DNA of 55,534 nucleotides from a virus (IMGVR_UViG_3300001242_001222:1-55534), one strand, 5' to 3'. Positions 41,101-49,494 are shown, counted from the first letter of the stretch. The notes: generated by a model not told the origin, from the letters alone. A program made the numbers and translations.

Positions 41101-44100
41101 TGTTCAACTACCGGCTGGACCTGTTCGGCCTGGGCCTTCTGGATCGGATGAGAAACAATCCGGTACTCATTTGGTGCATCGACATCGTTCGGATCAGAAA
41201 CGTCAACAACTGTGAATTCTCGTTTCCCGGTGAATCTGGGCGCAAGTTTGGTAATTATCTTCTGTGCGTCTGCCTCTGAGTCGTAAGTTGAATTGCTGGT
41301 TGCAATCTTGTTTTCATCAATGGTGAAGTCGACGTTTACCTTTCCGTCACTCGTTCCAAACTGCTTGATAACCGGCTGCGGGGCTTGTTGTTCACCCTCT
41401 GTATTAGTGATCTGACCCTCTGTTGTAACGGGAGAACCCTCTGTTGTAACGGGAGTTTCAACCACCGGCTGCTGTTGTGCTGCAACCATCTCGGACAATT
41501 GCTGCTCTGGAATTGTGACCGGCGCTGCAAGTCCATCAGGATTTTCAACGGGGTTTAATTGGATCATTCCATCACCCATCTGGGCGACATAATATTCCTT
41601 GCCATCAATTGTGTGCCTGTCGCGCAGTTTTGGAACATAGGCTGGTGTCTGTTGCTGTGCTTCCGGTTGGGCTTCTGGCTGAACCTGCTGTTGTGCTTCC
41701 TCCTGTAGTAAAATTTCCGCTTCCGTTTCCTGCTCCTGCTGTTGGGCGTGGCCCTGTGCAAACTTATCTGCCGGCATGTCGCTTATTATCCGGAGAGAGT
41801 CAGCTGACTTCCATTGAGGTTTGCCGGTTTCCATATTGACAGCCAGAACGGATTTCATTGAACGCTGGACGACAAAGTAGTTTTCTCCCTCAGCATCCTC
41901 AGCAATAACGATATTGCCGGACTCTTTGTTTACGACCTTTGAAAGATCTTCCTCGATCTTCTGAATTTCGAAGTCGGATGAGATCTGGTAGTTTGATGCA
42001 GCCTTTACGAATTCAATCAATGCGGATGCTTTCTCTGGGCTGTCGATTTTATTTCCTGCGTTTATATCGATGGATGATTCAGGGGTGAGATATCCGTTTT
42101 CAATGAAGGCCTGTTCCCTTTTTTCAACGTCATCAATCATCATGATATCACGAAGCTGATTCGCGTCATCCGGCCCCATCGTTTGAACCAACACGTCTCC
42201 GGCCTTGTTGTATGCGCGCTTGTTCGTTGCATTCTGAATGTTCGAAACGCCATTGGCTGAAGCTTCAGCGGTTTTGAAAGCGCCATCCATTAAAAGGATT
42301 GAGGTAATAAGCTGATATTGATTTTCTTTTTCAAAGAAGTCAGAAACATCGCCTTCGCCTGTGAGTATAGGTGCGGCAATACCGTTAACAAGTTCCTCGA
42401 AATACTCTGACAAAGTACCATCCCATCTGAGATCACTCTTTGCTTTTGACATAAAGGAGACCAGTTCATCCCCGGACTTCTGCAGAATGTTTTTACCGAT
42501 CCGCTTATTGAGTTCGCTCATAACAAGCTTCCGGCCGCCGGTAAAAAGTTCACCAACACCCTCAGTTGAGAATTCAAGCCAGGTACTTACACCAGCTTTA
42601 TATGCGGAGGTGATTGGATCTTCAACCTTTGAAAAGTCAGCGGTGATACTACCATCAGGGCTCGTTGAGAAAACAACATCCTTCATCTGTCGATTGGCAT
42701 ACGACTCAAGGAATGCGGGGGAAACCGCTGTATAAAACGCTCCTTCTATTGAGGCGCTTGTCACAGTGCCAGCAATACGCGGGAGGATCTTCGTGGTTAT
42801 TTTCTCTGTCTGCTGTATGACGTATTTTGTTGCGCCCCTTGACATCCCTTTTGCCATACCTCGTCCAGCGCCAAATGTGAGCATAAACGGAACCATTTCA
42901 CTGACAGCACCGCCAGTATTATACACCCACGACAGCTGATTATTCTTTGCAGCCTCATCCTTGAAAATATACCCCATCAGGGCAGCCTTGTCAGCATCAG
43001 AGGCATTCGGTCCAGTTCCACGCTCAACAAGATTTTTGACATCCTGAGTCTGACCATAACCATACAGGCCAAGTGTAAGTGCATCCGCAAGGGCTTCCTC
43101 TCCGTTGTCAGCAAAGTACTGGAAAAAGTCTCCTACGCTTTCTTCACCGCGCTTTGGCGCTGCTTTGATTTCTTTGGTTTTTTCAATCTGTTTGAGACCA
43201 GCTCCAATATTTGCAAGCTCATCAAATATAGCCTCCCCGTTTGGCAGCCCAGCCTCAAGTAATCTCTGTTTCACACCCTCTGGGTTCGAAAATATTTCAT
43301 TCTGAGGAATAGACAGCGCTGTTTCAATCTCAATAAGACGGTCACGTAAAACCCATTCGGTGGCCAGAATTGGATCCATTGTACTCAGCCGATCCTCTGC
43401 CATCTTTTTATACTTGTCTTTCGTAGCCTGATCAACATTCAACTGATCAATACGGTTTGCAGCATGGACTTTCGCCATGGTGATTGCATCCATATTTCCG
43501 GCTTCTCCCATGGCGGGAATAACATCAATCATTTCGCGGACCTTATCCGTCGTCATGTATCCGTTATCAAATACTCCGGGAGTGAATTCCTGCTTTTGAT
43601 ACCCCTTAACTTGTTCCTGTTTTGCGGCGCCGGCGGCGTTGACTCCTGAATAATTCAGCTTTGTAAGTCGCTGATCAATCTGCTGTAAATAGTCTGCAAT
43701 TGCAAACTGAGACTGAGCATCCTGGTTCAAAAGAAATTGCTCCGGTGTAATATCCGGCTTTGTGAGTGTAACCCGGTCGGGGCTGTTCACCTTTGCGAAT
43801 GTAAGATTAGCAAGGTTTTCAGCATCCTCCGGAGACATCTTTTGAGTCCGGATGAGGTAATCTGAGAAACGTTGGAAGGCATCATCTCCCACTCCATAAT
43901 TCAAAACAATGGACTCAAAGTCATCCGATATCCGTTTGTTTGCATCTCTGGTTTCGCCAGTGAGCTCAGACTTTTCAATGTTTGGCTGTGCAAGAATTTG
44001 ATTACCCTTGACCTGATTGGCGGCCGCCTGAGTTGTTTGAGGTGTGGCGGTCATCTGGGTTGTCTCAGACTTCTGTTCAAGCAATGCATTAGGATCAAAC

Positions 44101-44378
44101 CCGAAATCATAGTTTAATGGGCTTGCCTGTTCTGGCTCCGGCTTAGGTTTAGGCTTGTAGTTTTTATATGCTGGATTGATTCCCGGCTTATTCTTGAGGG
44201 CTCCACCAATATTTTCATCACCACCATCCGGCTGTTCGATCACCGGAACCTGTGGCGAATATGTAGTTTGAACGGGTGTTGTCTGGCCGCCGCCGTACAT
44301 TTTGGCGCCCTTCTGGATCTCATCAAAATTAACTGTACGTTGCTGCTGGTTTTTGGTTGGATCGTTATCAGGAAGCAT
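32130..44378 (-). CDS. Giant polyvalent virion/ejection protein (4082 aa)
   Basis: Pyrophosphatase-like domain (AGNYKKG..ENPKGS..DEHKVMLGF), two HExxH-type zincin motifs (HEVVAH, HEVQH), ART-like domain (WFGDSKVVD..PLVVNHGS..NQIKSATGN), EEVQSDW domain, LPD38-like C-terminus. Confidence 0.85.
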   Translation of the reverse strand: MLPDNDPTKNQQQRTVNFDEIQKGAKMYGGGQTTPVQTTYSPQVPVIEQPDGGDENIGGALKNKPGINPAYKNYKPKPKPEPEQASPLNYDFGFDPNALLEQKSETTQMTATPQTTQAAANQVKGNQILAQPNIEKSELTGETRDANKRISDDFESIVLNYGVGDDAFQRFSDYLIRTQKMSPEDAENLANLTFAKVNSPDRVTLTKPDITPEQFLLNQDAQSQFAIADYLQQIDQRLTKLNYSGVNAAGAAKQEQVKGYQKQEFTPGVFDNGYMTTDKVREMIDVIPAMGEAGNMDAITMAKVHAANRIDQLNVDQATKDKYKKMAEDRLSTMDPILATEWVLRDRLIEIETALSIPQNEIFSNPEGVKQRLLEAGLPNGEAIFDELANIGAGLKQIEKTKEIKAAPKRGEESVGDFFQYFADNGEEALADALTLGLYGYGQTQDVKNLVERGTGPNASDADKAALMGYIFKDEAAKNNQLSWVYNTGGAVSEMVPFMLTFGAGRGMAKGMSRGATKYVIQQTEKITTKILPRIAGTVTSASIEGAFYTAVSPAFLESYANRQMKDVVFSTSPDGSITADFSKVEDPITSAYKAGVSTWLEFSTEGVGELFTGGRKLVMSELNKRIGKNILQKSGDELVSFMSKAKSDLRWDGTLSEYFEELVNGIAAPILTGEGDVSDFFEKENQYQLITSILLMDGAFKTAEASANGVSNIQNATNKRAYNKAGDVLVQTMGPDDANQLRDIMMIDDVEKREQAFIENGYLTPESSIDINAGNKIDSPEKASALIEFVKAASNYQISSDFEIQKIEEDLSKVVNKESGNIVIAEDAEGENYFVVQRSMKSVLAVNMETGKPQWKSADSLRIISDMPADKFAQGHAQQQEQETEAEILLQEEAQQQVQPEAQPEAQQQTPAYVPKLRDRHTIDGKEYYVAQMGDGMIQLNPVENPDGLAAPVTIPEQQLSEMVAAQQQPVVETPVTTEGSPVTTEGQITNTEGEQQAPQPVIKQFGTSDGKVNVDFTIDENKIATSNSTYDSEADAQKIITKLAPRFTGKREFTVVDVSDPNDVDAPNEYRIVSHPIQKAQAEQVQPVVEQQPVAETPIEQQAPVIEQQPIQEQPNETLTPTAETLTPQQETPQAEVIQPETEQAPVIEVPENTSSPEEITQQEAVTNTNPTEKQKEAGNYKKGRIEVQGLNIAIENPKGSERSGVDANGEPWSTTMNNTYGYFERTEGKDKDQVDVFLGDDLISENVYIIDQLDNNGNFDEHKVMLGFNSSAEAVAAYMANYDEGWTGFGAVTEMEMDNFKDWLGDGKRTHLPLSYSPSVGKATSETEFIDYVIKNSADPSQIYQAWQMENDRLPYNTLKPWQQALADGGYKTTQKSFANVYDPEQITQTLARMFFNKKGTPLDVIAMGFDMEGSQQDAEKIAEFMVELSRSNPKNSARRMALAEKFRTITGVWPSQYQRVSSKNNIEVIESFLKRYTSDKSMDLLSRLESVRNELTNDNYETIRHLIIDSRNGQIEKPVFQSTQTESSGSEFNQENQSSVPDDPGARPDSNEGEEDLTELESPFHAADSNLSPQSRQRIQQIDKEIAAARARWKVAVNERDKHAKELQNRVNLFGVDQEGPTNQIGMFDDVESDTSSENFQAAMAPYQRKVDEAKKYIDSLEKIRGEIISTDGNNLTLFRSNALEQIVAAAENDIAWHRLIQSVANDFAKGFGIPVRAISNMNELPDNVKEELKKAKAAKSDFMIDGFYNETSGSPEVVLIPSNISDVDKVKTLIAHEVVAHHGMRQLFGEKFDKLLTQVYNGMSEEQRAEIIDINKGYYSGKPQAIADEFLAYSFEDLMNGTAPTWMQSIWAEIKQMVRDLFNAYGIPFSETDLRVLAEKSKQNLIRNAAKQSVVAGQPMFSMAGDNAIKNMDEAIIVEEKKVEALQMSVLGYGANEIKLVTGWEKGPDGKWFYEFSDRNFTLKGSNVKSIIQDISIDFADPLDPEPRKVKLSDVIKAPEHFKYYPKLADITVRTESYGANIKGGFEQETQSIVINSNHNWTPTELRHTLLHEVQHAIQGIEGFEPGASMEARTDAISQIDQEARLLIGKQEDLSRWKNRNVSDRAKALSEINDQLKRLGKIRQRLAFELSDNDAYRVKLGEVNARNVIFRDEKRNEFAEKLIKDGVKPDEAIVIADNLVMAQPFSVTSVMSGMQFPVSMDHTLYLNAIVETGGVAMDATAEAIPETITVDGVERPTRNSDGKAIHPTISGIENFWKWFGDSKVVDESGRPLVVNHGSLSNFTEFDIEKSGQSNDIAKVGFWFSSAENFGENFAKEIWYGEGNSPVVYDTYLSIKNPKIFTTDSVDPKAISDIRSKIDAAENTISKLRSKWSEYYGNWQELEAFNLSAYGRIDDTNRDYYSARTKGSAAAMSDGLQAAEYVKELSVLKDKSDELHYSDAYQKFRTDVYKIAGKGSRDANIGGLGMSLNNAGEVVKEYVENLKNDGYDGIVIKGTSFDNGAAGGNNDQFVALDPNQIKSATGNTGAFDRNKPQIQFHASTKTPSPKTYQSTVETALSKIQQNKALPAQWKAMLMNSGAKPAELDWMGWDDNFNESGKIFTREDIQKWVDENRVEIEDITKGEIRPTIDPNIKVWENWAKSKYPDAENIEVVQNASSATQFGYNVLVDGKMVIQGGAQTYDYQLPKLTDAKYSDYQLPGGDNYKEMLLTMPVSVSGKITAIKHEKLNGDQYLYSIERDGEYEGLQSAISETEAIKLFKNRIATKEEKSAFKSSHFNEPNILAHIRFNERTDKDGNKVLFLEEVQSDWAQSGKKEGFKPKDFKWDTQLGKDAVAAIKDMNNLGFNSWQEAARQISKDPDFVQTFDIDPKYIQLLIDWKAAANIEKNVPDMPFKKTDQWAGLVMRRMIRYAAENNFDRIAWTNGEQQAERYDLSKQVNEIVAKKDNNENYALEIEYNGGGKRRVTVAEKDLENTVGRDLAKRIIDDFNIGKYNFPARKSNVYAGLDLKVGGEGMKAFYDNIIPSIANKIGKKFGAQVQPVELSEIGEVNSIPVTDSMKDSVLDGVPMFRASSGPRLPKNQKIVRGAGNRLRMLFGDRMQPVKLLQDEVIRRGGKIDTFSNAYDQENRARSRAMARIEKLSDKLLDPIEKKIVEIMKGNRSLTFQDIEKYLIAKHAPERNDYYRSKNTDEDPNRVYSGGIILPKDHPIREAYLQAQLASKVNPNTSTEEFNKISDELNEKLDFDGVPLDNDVANAIAADYESKIGKQKADELSVFVHDMNAAVLDLYLEYGAINEEQHTELSTRWSNYVPLRGWREDGKDIFDWQQGHGGNSNMLKSAEGRISEADSPLAYMENMMMSAVVWGEDNKTKQAFLNMIRKNYDKKDGLFEAKKVWYVKTGIIDPETGLEKTIETTVKPPDALFEADLVTTEVASEYKRHLPGSMAEQREVEVLENGEKYIIVTTDPDVANAINHNNDMWQDASRVSQRTVGRVTRFMSSLMTSKNPAFIIPNLTRDFAYAWISNASDNQGTSFVLNMRRASGAITRAMSGKAQPEKYDGITRNRYYYDKLYADFISGGGRTGFLRNMELDKIKVEIERDISILSKPLKPRNAAIHVGRFLNKTLDYMAGWSEDMSRFATYIAAVKTGKSDSEAIKAAKNVTVNFDRKGQLTSFLGAMYAFFNPAVQGGLNFMGLAKKNKVAITTASVSFFALGYIMGALNRMIGGDDDEFGNYYEALNPYLRKNYLIIPTFWDDDDKSFISIPLPPVFRSFYGMGEQLHSVVNGDKSVGGYVAGSLSDFANSFSPFEPGQLITENGGLTIRPLVPTSLQPMFDVWVTGKDFTGRDIRNAGFTKKIDDLTPNSMQAKKNTGEVYQWISDQLFQLGGGDPKVKSLLSIDDEGGVSKVPGIADWNPSNIEYLIESYLGGRGQFFNQLFKTSDAIVDGAIKYTKGEQDGVFDEVNANMIPVLNRFIRQPWRSQYVDQYWKLYNRYEEIDNYERAMFDKWYKENADMYSGLDPSKKSDKKSLLTHFEAETNLNVNPFFMDDIKEASKTLKDVTDENERLKIQREISEKYFDTIIKQQKP

Positions 44379-44383
44379 AGTGT

Positions 44384-45280
44384 TTACTTTGTTATGAACT
44401 GTTCGGTTACTTTGGCTGCATCCGGGACGGATAGATTATACTGATTGGTCAGCATATTGATGGCCTCGCGCTGATATTGCTCAGGGCTCAATCCGAGTGT
44501 GGTCAGATATTGCATTGAATAACCAATCTCAGCATCGGTCCCGCGGATATCCTCTGGAATTTCTGGCGCCTCGAGTGGATCATATCCAATATAGAAGTCA
44601 TCATCCTGTAAATACGGAGACATCGTTGGATCGGCAGCAAGCTTCATTTTAGCAAGCTTCAGGCGCTCGTTGTCGTTATTCAGTCTCGCGTATGCAAGTT
44701 GTAGAGCCTTCGCATCTTTAGTCTTGAGATAGTCTTTCCAGGCTTTATCCTGTTCCGCTTTAGCCTGCTGCATCGATACCCTGGCGGCGTTATACTCATT
44801 CATGTCCTTTTGCTTCTGCAGCTGCATGTCCTGATTGCCCTTGTAAATTCCAAGCTGCTCATCCCACTTTTTGTTTGCATCATCCTGGGCCTGTTTCTTC
44901 ATCCGGAGTCCAGCGACGGTATTGGTATATGCATCTCGCCTTGTTGTGTAGTCGGTGTTTAGGTCCTGTAACCCCTTGAACACGAATGGTTGTATCTGTG
45001 ATGGCTGTCTCCTTTCGACATTACCCTTCGTTGCGGCAGTAACCATATCCCCGATTGCGCGAAATCCTTCACCGTAGGCATTGGCCTTTGAAAGTCGGCG
45101 GAGTCTTTCTTCGGATGCTGTGTCATACTTAGGCTTGGTTGTTTCAAGGAGGGTTTCAAGCTGTGCGTACCAATCCTCCTGCTCTTTTTCCTGTTGCTGA
45201 CCTGAGCCAGCCTGGACCGGAGTTTTAAACAGGTCGAGGTTTGCGGTTATTTCGTTTGGATCTGGCATGTGATTATTCAT
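44384..45280 (-). CDS. Putative ejection protein
   Basis: Q/A/K-rich helical protein between the pilot-like and giant genes. Confidence 0.55.
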   Translation of the reverse strand: MNNHMPDPNEITANLDLFKTPVQAGSGQQQEKEQEDWYAQLETLLETTKPKYDTASEERLRRLSKANAYGEGFRAIGDMVTAATKGNVERRQPSQIQPFVFKGLQDLNTDYTTRRDAYTNTVAGLRMKKQAQDDANKKWDEQLGIYKGNQDMQLQKQKDMNEYNAARVSMQQAKAEQDKAWKDYLKTKDAKALQLAYARLNNDNERLKLAKMKLAADPTMSPYLQDDDFYIGYDPLEAPEIPEDIRGTDAEIGYSMQYLTTLGLSPEQYQREAINMLTNQYNLSVPDAAKVTEQFITK

Positions 45281-45848
45281 TTGGTTTCATTGAATCAAGC
45301 CACGCAAAGTTCATAGCCGCGTCACCAATGTTTCCGCCGGCGTTGGACCAGTTGGCCGCATTCTGTTGATGGAAATTCGATTGGATGTTCCCGCGTGCCA
45401 TTGCAAGGTTGTTTAATACGCTGTCAATACCTGACTGGCGCTGATTGAATTCAGATCTTGCCGCATCCTTCCGTGCCTCATCCTGAATTCCAATGCTGTT
45501 CACTGTATCACCGACGGTCTGACCCATCGCAGTGTTGTTTGCAACAACCGCCTCGTCGGATCCACCGGTTAGTGCAGCCTGGGCCTTTCCCTGCTCACTC
45601 CTTCCGCGAACATAGTCCATCAGCTTTGTCATCTGGGCTTTTGCTGTTTTGCTCTGTAGTGCGGGAGTGTTGGATATATCCGAATACCACTTATCAAGTT
45701 CAGCCTGCCTCTTATCCGCAGTACCCTGAACAGTGTCAAGCGCGCCGAGTGACGCGTTAAGCGCTTTCTTATTCTGTCGTCCGGAGAAGATCCCCGAGAC
45801 AAGTGATCCGGCAGCGCCGATTCCGAGAGCTAATAATGGGAGGGGCAT
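45273..45848 (-). CDS. Putative DNA ejection/pilot protein
   Basis: LLALGIGAAGSLVSGIFS N-terminus, A/Q/N/G-rich. Confidence 0.65.
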   Translation of the reverse strand: MPLPLLALGIGAAGSLVSGIFSGRQNKKALNASLGALDTVQGTADKRQAELDKWYSDISNTPALQSKTAKAQMTKLMDYVRGRSEQGKAQAALTGGSDEAVVANNTAMGQTVGDTVNSIGIQDEARKDAARSEFNQRQSGIDSVLNNLAMARGNIQSNFHQQNAANWSNAGGNIGDAAMNFAWLDSMKPNE

Positions 45849-45864
45849 GGTTGTAAATTTTCCC

Positions 45865-45903
45865 CGAAAATACGTCGCAATAATAAGGTGATTGCATCAA
45901 TTA
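45865..45903 (-). promoter_or_regulatory. Putative late promoter 2 (TAATTGATGC-N21-TATTTTCG)
   Basis: Same motif pair and spacing as 20734-20772. Confidence 0.65.
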
Positions 45904-45974
45904 TATTCAATATTGTTGTTATTAACTGCAAAAATCACATCAAACCAGCGTACATTTGTCGAACACAATGTTTT

Positions 45975-46451
45975 ATGCGCAAGAAAACGGAAGCAAAAAA
46001 TGACACCAAAGAACTTCAGGTTACCAATCTGGACGAATTAATGGTGTTGGAGTCGGATGAGATTGTGCCATTATCCGATGAGCGAATGACGGAGCTCGAA
46101 GACAACGCAACAAGACTGGCCTATGAGATCCGGGATAAGGCTCTGCAGAAATTAAAGACGGCAACAGAAAGAGCATTCGACGCAAACACCCTTGGGAATA
46201 TCATTGCAGTCTCCCAGGGTGTGATCAACCGTCCGAAGTTGGGAGCCAAAACAGCCGATGTCGGTTTCTTTGAAAACCTAAACCAGCAGCTAAAGGTCAA
46301 GGTTGAAACCAAGACAATTGAGATAACATATCAAAAAATACCCACACAGAATGAAAAAGAAATTAAGCCTGAACGGAATAGTGGCAAGTCAACCAAACGC
46401 GCAGGGTCCGGCGGGAAACATGTCGGAGGTAATAAACGCAAGGCTCGATGA
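45975..46451 (+). CDS. Hypothetical helical protein, terminase small subunit candidate
   Basis: Follows a TACATTTG box; two long helices and a basic tail. Confidence 0.45.
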   Translation: MRKKTEAKNDTKELQVTNLDELMVLESDEIVPLSDERMTELEDNATRLAYEIRDKALQKLKTATERAFDANTLGNIIAVSQGVINRPKLGAKTADVGFFENLNQQLKVKVETKTIEITYQKIPTQNEKEIKPERNSGKSTKRAGSGGKHVGGNKRKAR

Positions 46452-49002
46452 TGGTGCGTGGAGATCTGTTCCGCCGGTAAAGAAACACACACTATCTGCT
46501 GATGCTCTGTTTGTTCACGTGTTGGATGACCGGGAGAATTTTATCTTCTGGGAGGAGAATAATCTGTCGGTTGGCTACATGGATCCAGCGGGAGTGACCT
46601 ATCCAATATTTGATGCTGTTTCAACTGATTTTATATTCACTCAGTACAAAAATATTCTGATCGTGTCATCGGTTACGGATATGTATCGGAAGTATTGTAT
46701 CTGGGACGCAACGGATGAAACATATCTTGTGATTGATACATCTGAAATAAACCTTGATATTCAGTTATATACAGAGTTGACCGCCACACCGCTCGTGGCG
46801 TGTAGTGGAATGAGTGATCATGAAACAAACCTAACGACCGCCAAAAAGAAGGGTGAGTTTTACGGGCAGGTTTTGATAGTGTATGCTTTCGAAACAATTT
46901 ACGGGGAAATCATTAAGCATAGTCGGCCTATTTACGCATACATAGGAGCTGGATGGTGGGGGGATCCATACAACGGAAACTATAATTTTTATAAAGGGTT
47001 TGTAATGGCGCGCATCCTGAACAATGCAAGGAATAACGCGTTTATGCTTAAAAAAACATTGTTTGGAAAAATTATAAAATCTGTAAACTTTTACATGACC
47101 GACCCTCTTCATGACACAGTTCTGAAAGAGGATAACGATCTTGAAAAACTCAATATTGATTATTTTTATGGGGAACAGGTTTTTTTAGAATTATATAAAT
47201 ACGACTTCAAGTCTCTTGTGGAAAACAATACAAGCGTGTACACGGATTTCAAGCTACTAATGAATAGTAATTTACAGTTTGATACAGTCACGCCATCATA
47301 TCAATATCCGGGAGACGTCACGGATATGGCAACCAGAGATGAAATGCCGGTTGATAATTTTTCTCATCACGCATTTGTTGCAAACCATAACCACATATAC
47401 AACAATCGGTTACTATTGGCAGACGTTTCAACATCCTTGCGTGATCCAGAGACGGCGGAAATGTTTACATACCCAACTGATAAGTGTGGTGGTGGTGTGT
47501 CGATTGGCACACATTCATTAAAGCTTGAAATAACGCTTCAATCTTCAAGTGGTGAAAAAATAACACTATGTGATTATGCTAATGTTGATGTTATTTCACA
47601 CAACGCAACGTCGCAGGTTGCATGGCTTCCCGTAATAACATACCCAGACAACAGGGCAATCAGGGTTAGAATTATCGAGGATTGGTTGGGGGCTTTAACT
47701 TATTTTAATTGTCCTTTGGCTGGTTTAGAGATGAAGGCCCATGCGCTTCACAATTATTCGTTTGTTTGTGCAAGTAGCGGTAATCCATTTATTCCATACG
47801 GGGGTGTCGAATTTGCATCTCTTAAGGGCGTTACTATTAACTGGAAGGGTGGTACTTCTGCTGGACCAGTGGTTGATAATACTAAAGACAACATCATAAA
47901 AGACCCAAACCGTGTTCAGGCGTCCGCGGTCGACAATGTGTTTTATTTCCCGGCACTAAATTCCTATCAGGTTGGAAACTCAAGGGTCCTCGCCATCAGT
48001 GAGAATGCAATGCCGGTATCAACTGGCCAGTTCGGATCATATCCGTTGATCGCCTTCACGGAGTCTGGCATCTGGGCTATGAATGTAGATCCATCCGGAG
48101 CCATGTTTGTCACATCCATCACTCCGATATCGGATGATCGACTCTCGAGTGCGGGATCATTAACGAAGGCCGGGAATATTATTCTCTTTGCCTCATCAAA
48201 GGGCATCGGCGCCATGGCTGGGCAGGATATTCAGTACATCAGCCAGCTGATTGATGGGTTGGATTTCAAGACGAAGATCTATTCCAACGCGCATTTCAAC
48301 ACCATCGCGACCGGCGCAAACTTCGGGACGTTCTTCAGCCTCCTGACAACCACGAAGCTTAGTTCCTACATCGGGGGGATGACTGGCATCGGAGGAACAA
48401 CCGCCTGTATTATGGGTTTTGATCCGATTGAAAACGAGTTGATTATCTCCAATCCATCATTCGCATATTCCTGGATCTATTCATTCAAACATCAGGTATG
48501 GACAAAGAGTAGTGTTGTTTACAGAAGGTTTCTCTATGGTCGAAGCCGGACCTACGCACTCCGGAATGGATCCAATCAGCTTTATATCCTGGGGGAAGTC
48601 AGCGCAACAACCTACACGGGTGTTTATGCTACGGACTTTGCTGCAGAACCGGAATTGTTCCGGCCGATGGTATTTATCAGTCAGCCATTCCAGGGAGAGG
48701 CCGCGGATATCTATACGAAGATTGAGCAGCTTTTTGCCGACGGATCCGGAATTGTCGCCAGTGGAAAGTCGCTTGGTATATTTCTGTTTTCATCCGTTGA
48801 TGGTGAAAGCTGGTATATGAATTCGGCGGTTGATATTCTGGGAACATCCACGGAACTGAAGTGGCGCAATATTCAGACACAAAGATCTGGTTTCTCAGCA
48901 AAGTATCACATCCTGATGATCTGCGGCCCGATGGGCGACGTGTATATTTCTCCTGAGATGGAGATTAGTTTCTCTGAAAAATATACAAGAAAAAGCCGCT
49001 AA
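46351..49002 (+). CDS. Putative tail stabilisation/nozzle protein
   Basis: 883 aa beta-rich; MSEVINAR, YNNRLLLAD, STGQFGSYPLIAFTESGIWAM. Confidence 0.7.
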   Translation: MKKKLSLNGIVASQPNAQGPAGNMSEVINARLDDGAWRSVPPVKKHTLSADALFVHVLDDRENFIFWEENNLSVGYMDPAGVTYPIFDAVSTDFIFTQYKNILIVSSVTDMYRKYCIWDATDETYLVIDTSEINLDIQLYTELTATPLVACSGMSDHETNLTTAKKKGEFYGQVLIVYAFETIYGEIIKHSRPIYAYIGAGWWGDPYNGNYNFYKGFVMARILNNARNNAFMLKKTLFGKIIKSVNFYMTDPLHDTVLKEDNDLEKLNIDYFYGEQVFLELYKYDFKSLVENNTSVYTDFKLLMNSNLQFDTVTPSYQYPGDVTDMATRDEMPVDNFSHHAFVANHNHIYNNRLLLADVSTSLRDPETAEMFTYPTDKCGGGVSIGTHSLKLEITLQSSSGEKITLCDYANVDVISHNATSQVAWLPVITYPDNRAIRVRIIEDWLGALTYFNCPLAGLEMKAHALHNYSFVCASSGNPFIPYGGVEFASLKGVTINWKGGTSAGPVVDNTKDNIIKDPNRVQASAVDNVFYFPALNSYQVGNSRVLAISENAMPVSTGQFGSYPLIAFTESGIWAMNVDPSGAMFVTSITPISDDRLSSAGSLTKAGNIILFASSKGIGAMAGQDIQYISQLIDGLDFKTKIYSNAHFNTIATGANFGTFFSLLTTTKLSSYIGGMTGIGGTTACIMGFDPIENELIISNPSFAYSWIYSFKHQVWTKSSVVYRRFLYGRSRTYALRNGSNQLYILGEVSATTYTGVYATDFAAEPELFRPMVFISQPFQGEAADIYTKIEQLFADGSGIVASGKSLGIFLFSSVDGESWYMNSAVDILGTSTELKWRNIQTQRSGFSAKYHILMICGPMGDVYISPEMEISFSEKYTRKSR

Positions 49003-49044
49003 AATGACGTTAAGTTATATTTCTGTATATCAATACATTATGGC

Positions 49045-49455
49045 ATGATAAGGCAATTAGAAGTTCAAAACAGCCAAATTGATAGAAGCACCGTGGGTAT
49101 AAAATGCTGGCTCACGGCAAGCGGTATTACTGAAGTTCGGAGATACACCAAAAGTTACGAGGGAGCGGAAATCGTAAATACGTGGGTCTGCGAGGAGAAA
49201 AAGATCCTGGTGGAGATAATCTACAGTGGACAGCTATATACGCTCTGGTTGCCCGCCTATGAGCGTTTTTATCGGCTTGGATTGCGTAAGGAGTCTCTGA
49301 TGTTTCAGCCGCGCGCAAGAATTCCATTTTTTTTGTATGAACGGATGATGAGAATTTCCGGGGTGTGGCGGATGGATATAAACGACACGATGAGAAGATT
49401 GATTGATCTGGGAATTCAGGCAGCCGAAAAAGAGATTCGGGATAATTCAAAATAA
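49045..49455 (+). CDS. Hypothetical protein with possible C-terminal ribbon-helix-helix
   Basis: RARIPFFLYERM...INDTMRRLIDLGI. Confidence 0.5.
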   Translation: MIRQLEVQNSQIDRSTVGIKCWLTASGITEVRRYTKSYEGAEIVNTWVCEEKKILVEIIYSGQLYTLWLPAYERFYRLGLRKESLMFQPRARIPFFLYERMMRISGVWRMDINDTMRRLIDLGIQAAEKEIRDNSK

Positions 49456-49494
49456 TTTTTTGTTTTAAAAAAAAAGAACACGATGTGCGAAGCA

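Noticed and set aside
41395-41456. 21-bp tandem repeat
   Set aside because: Encodes PVTTEG repeats in a low-complexity linker of the giant protein; ordinary coding repeat.
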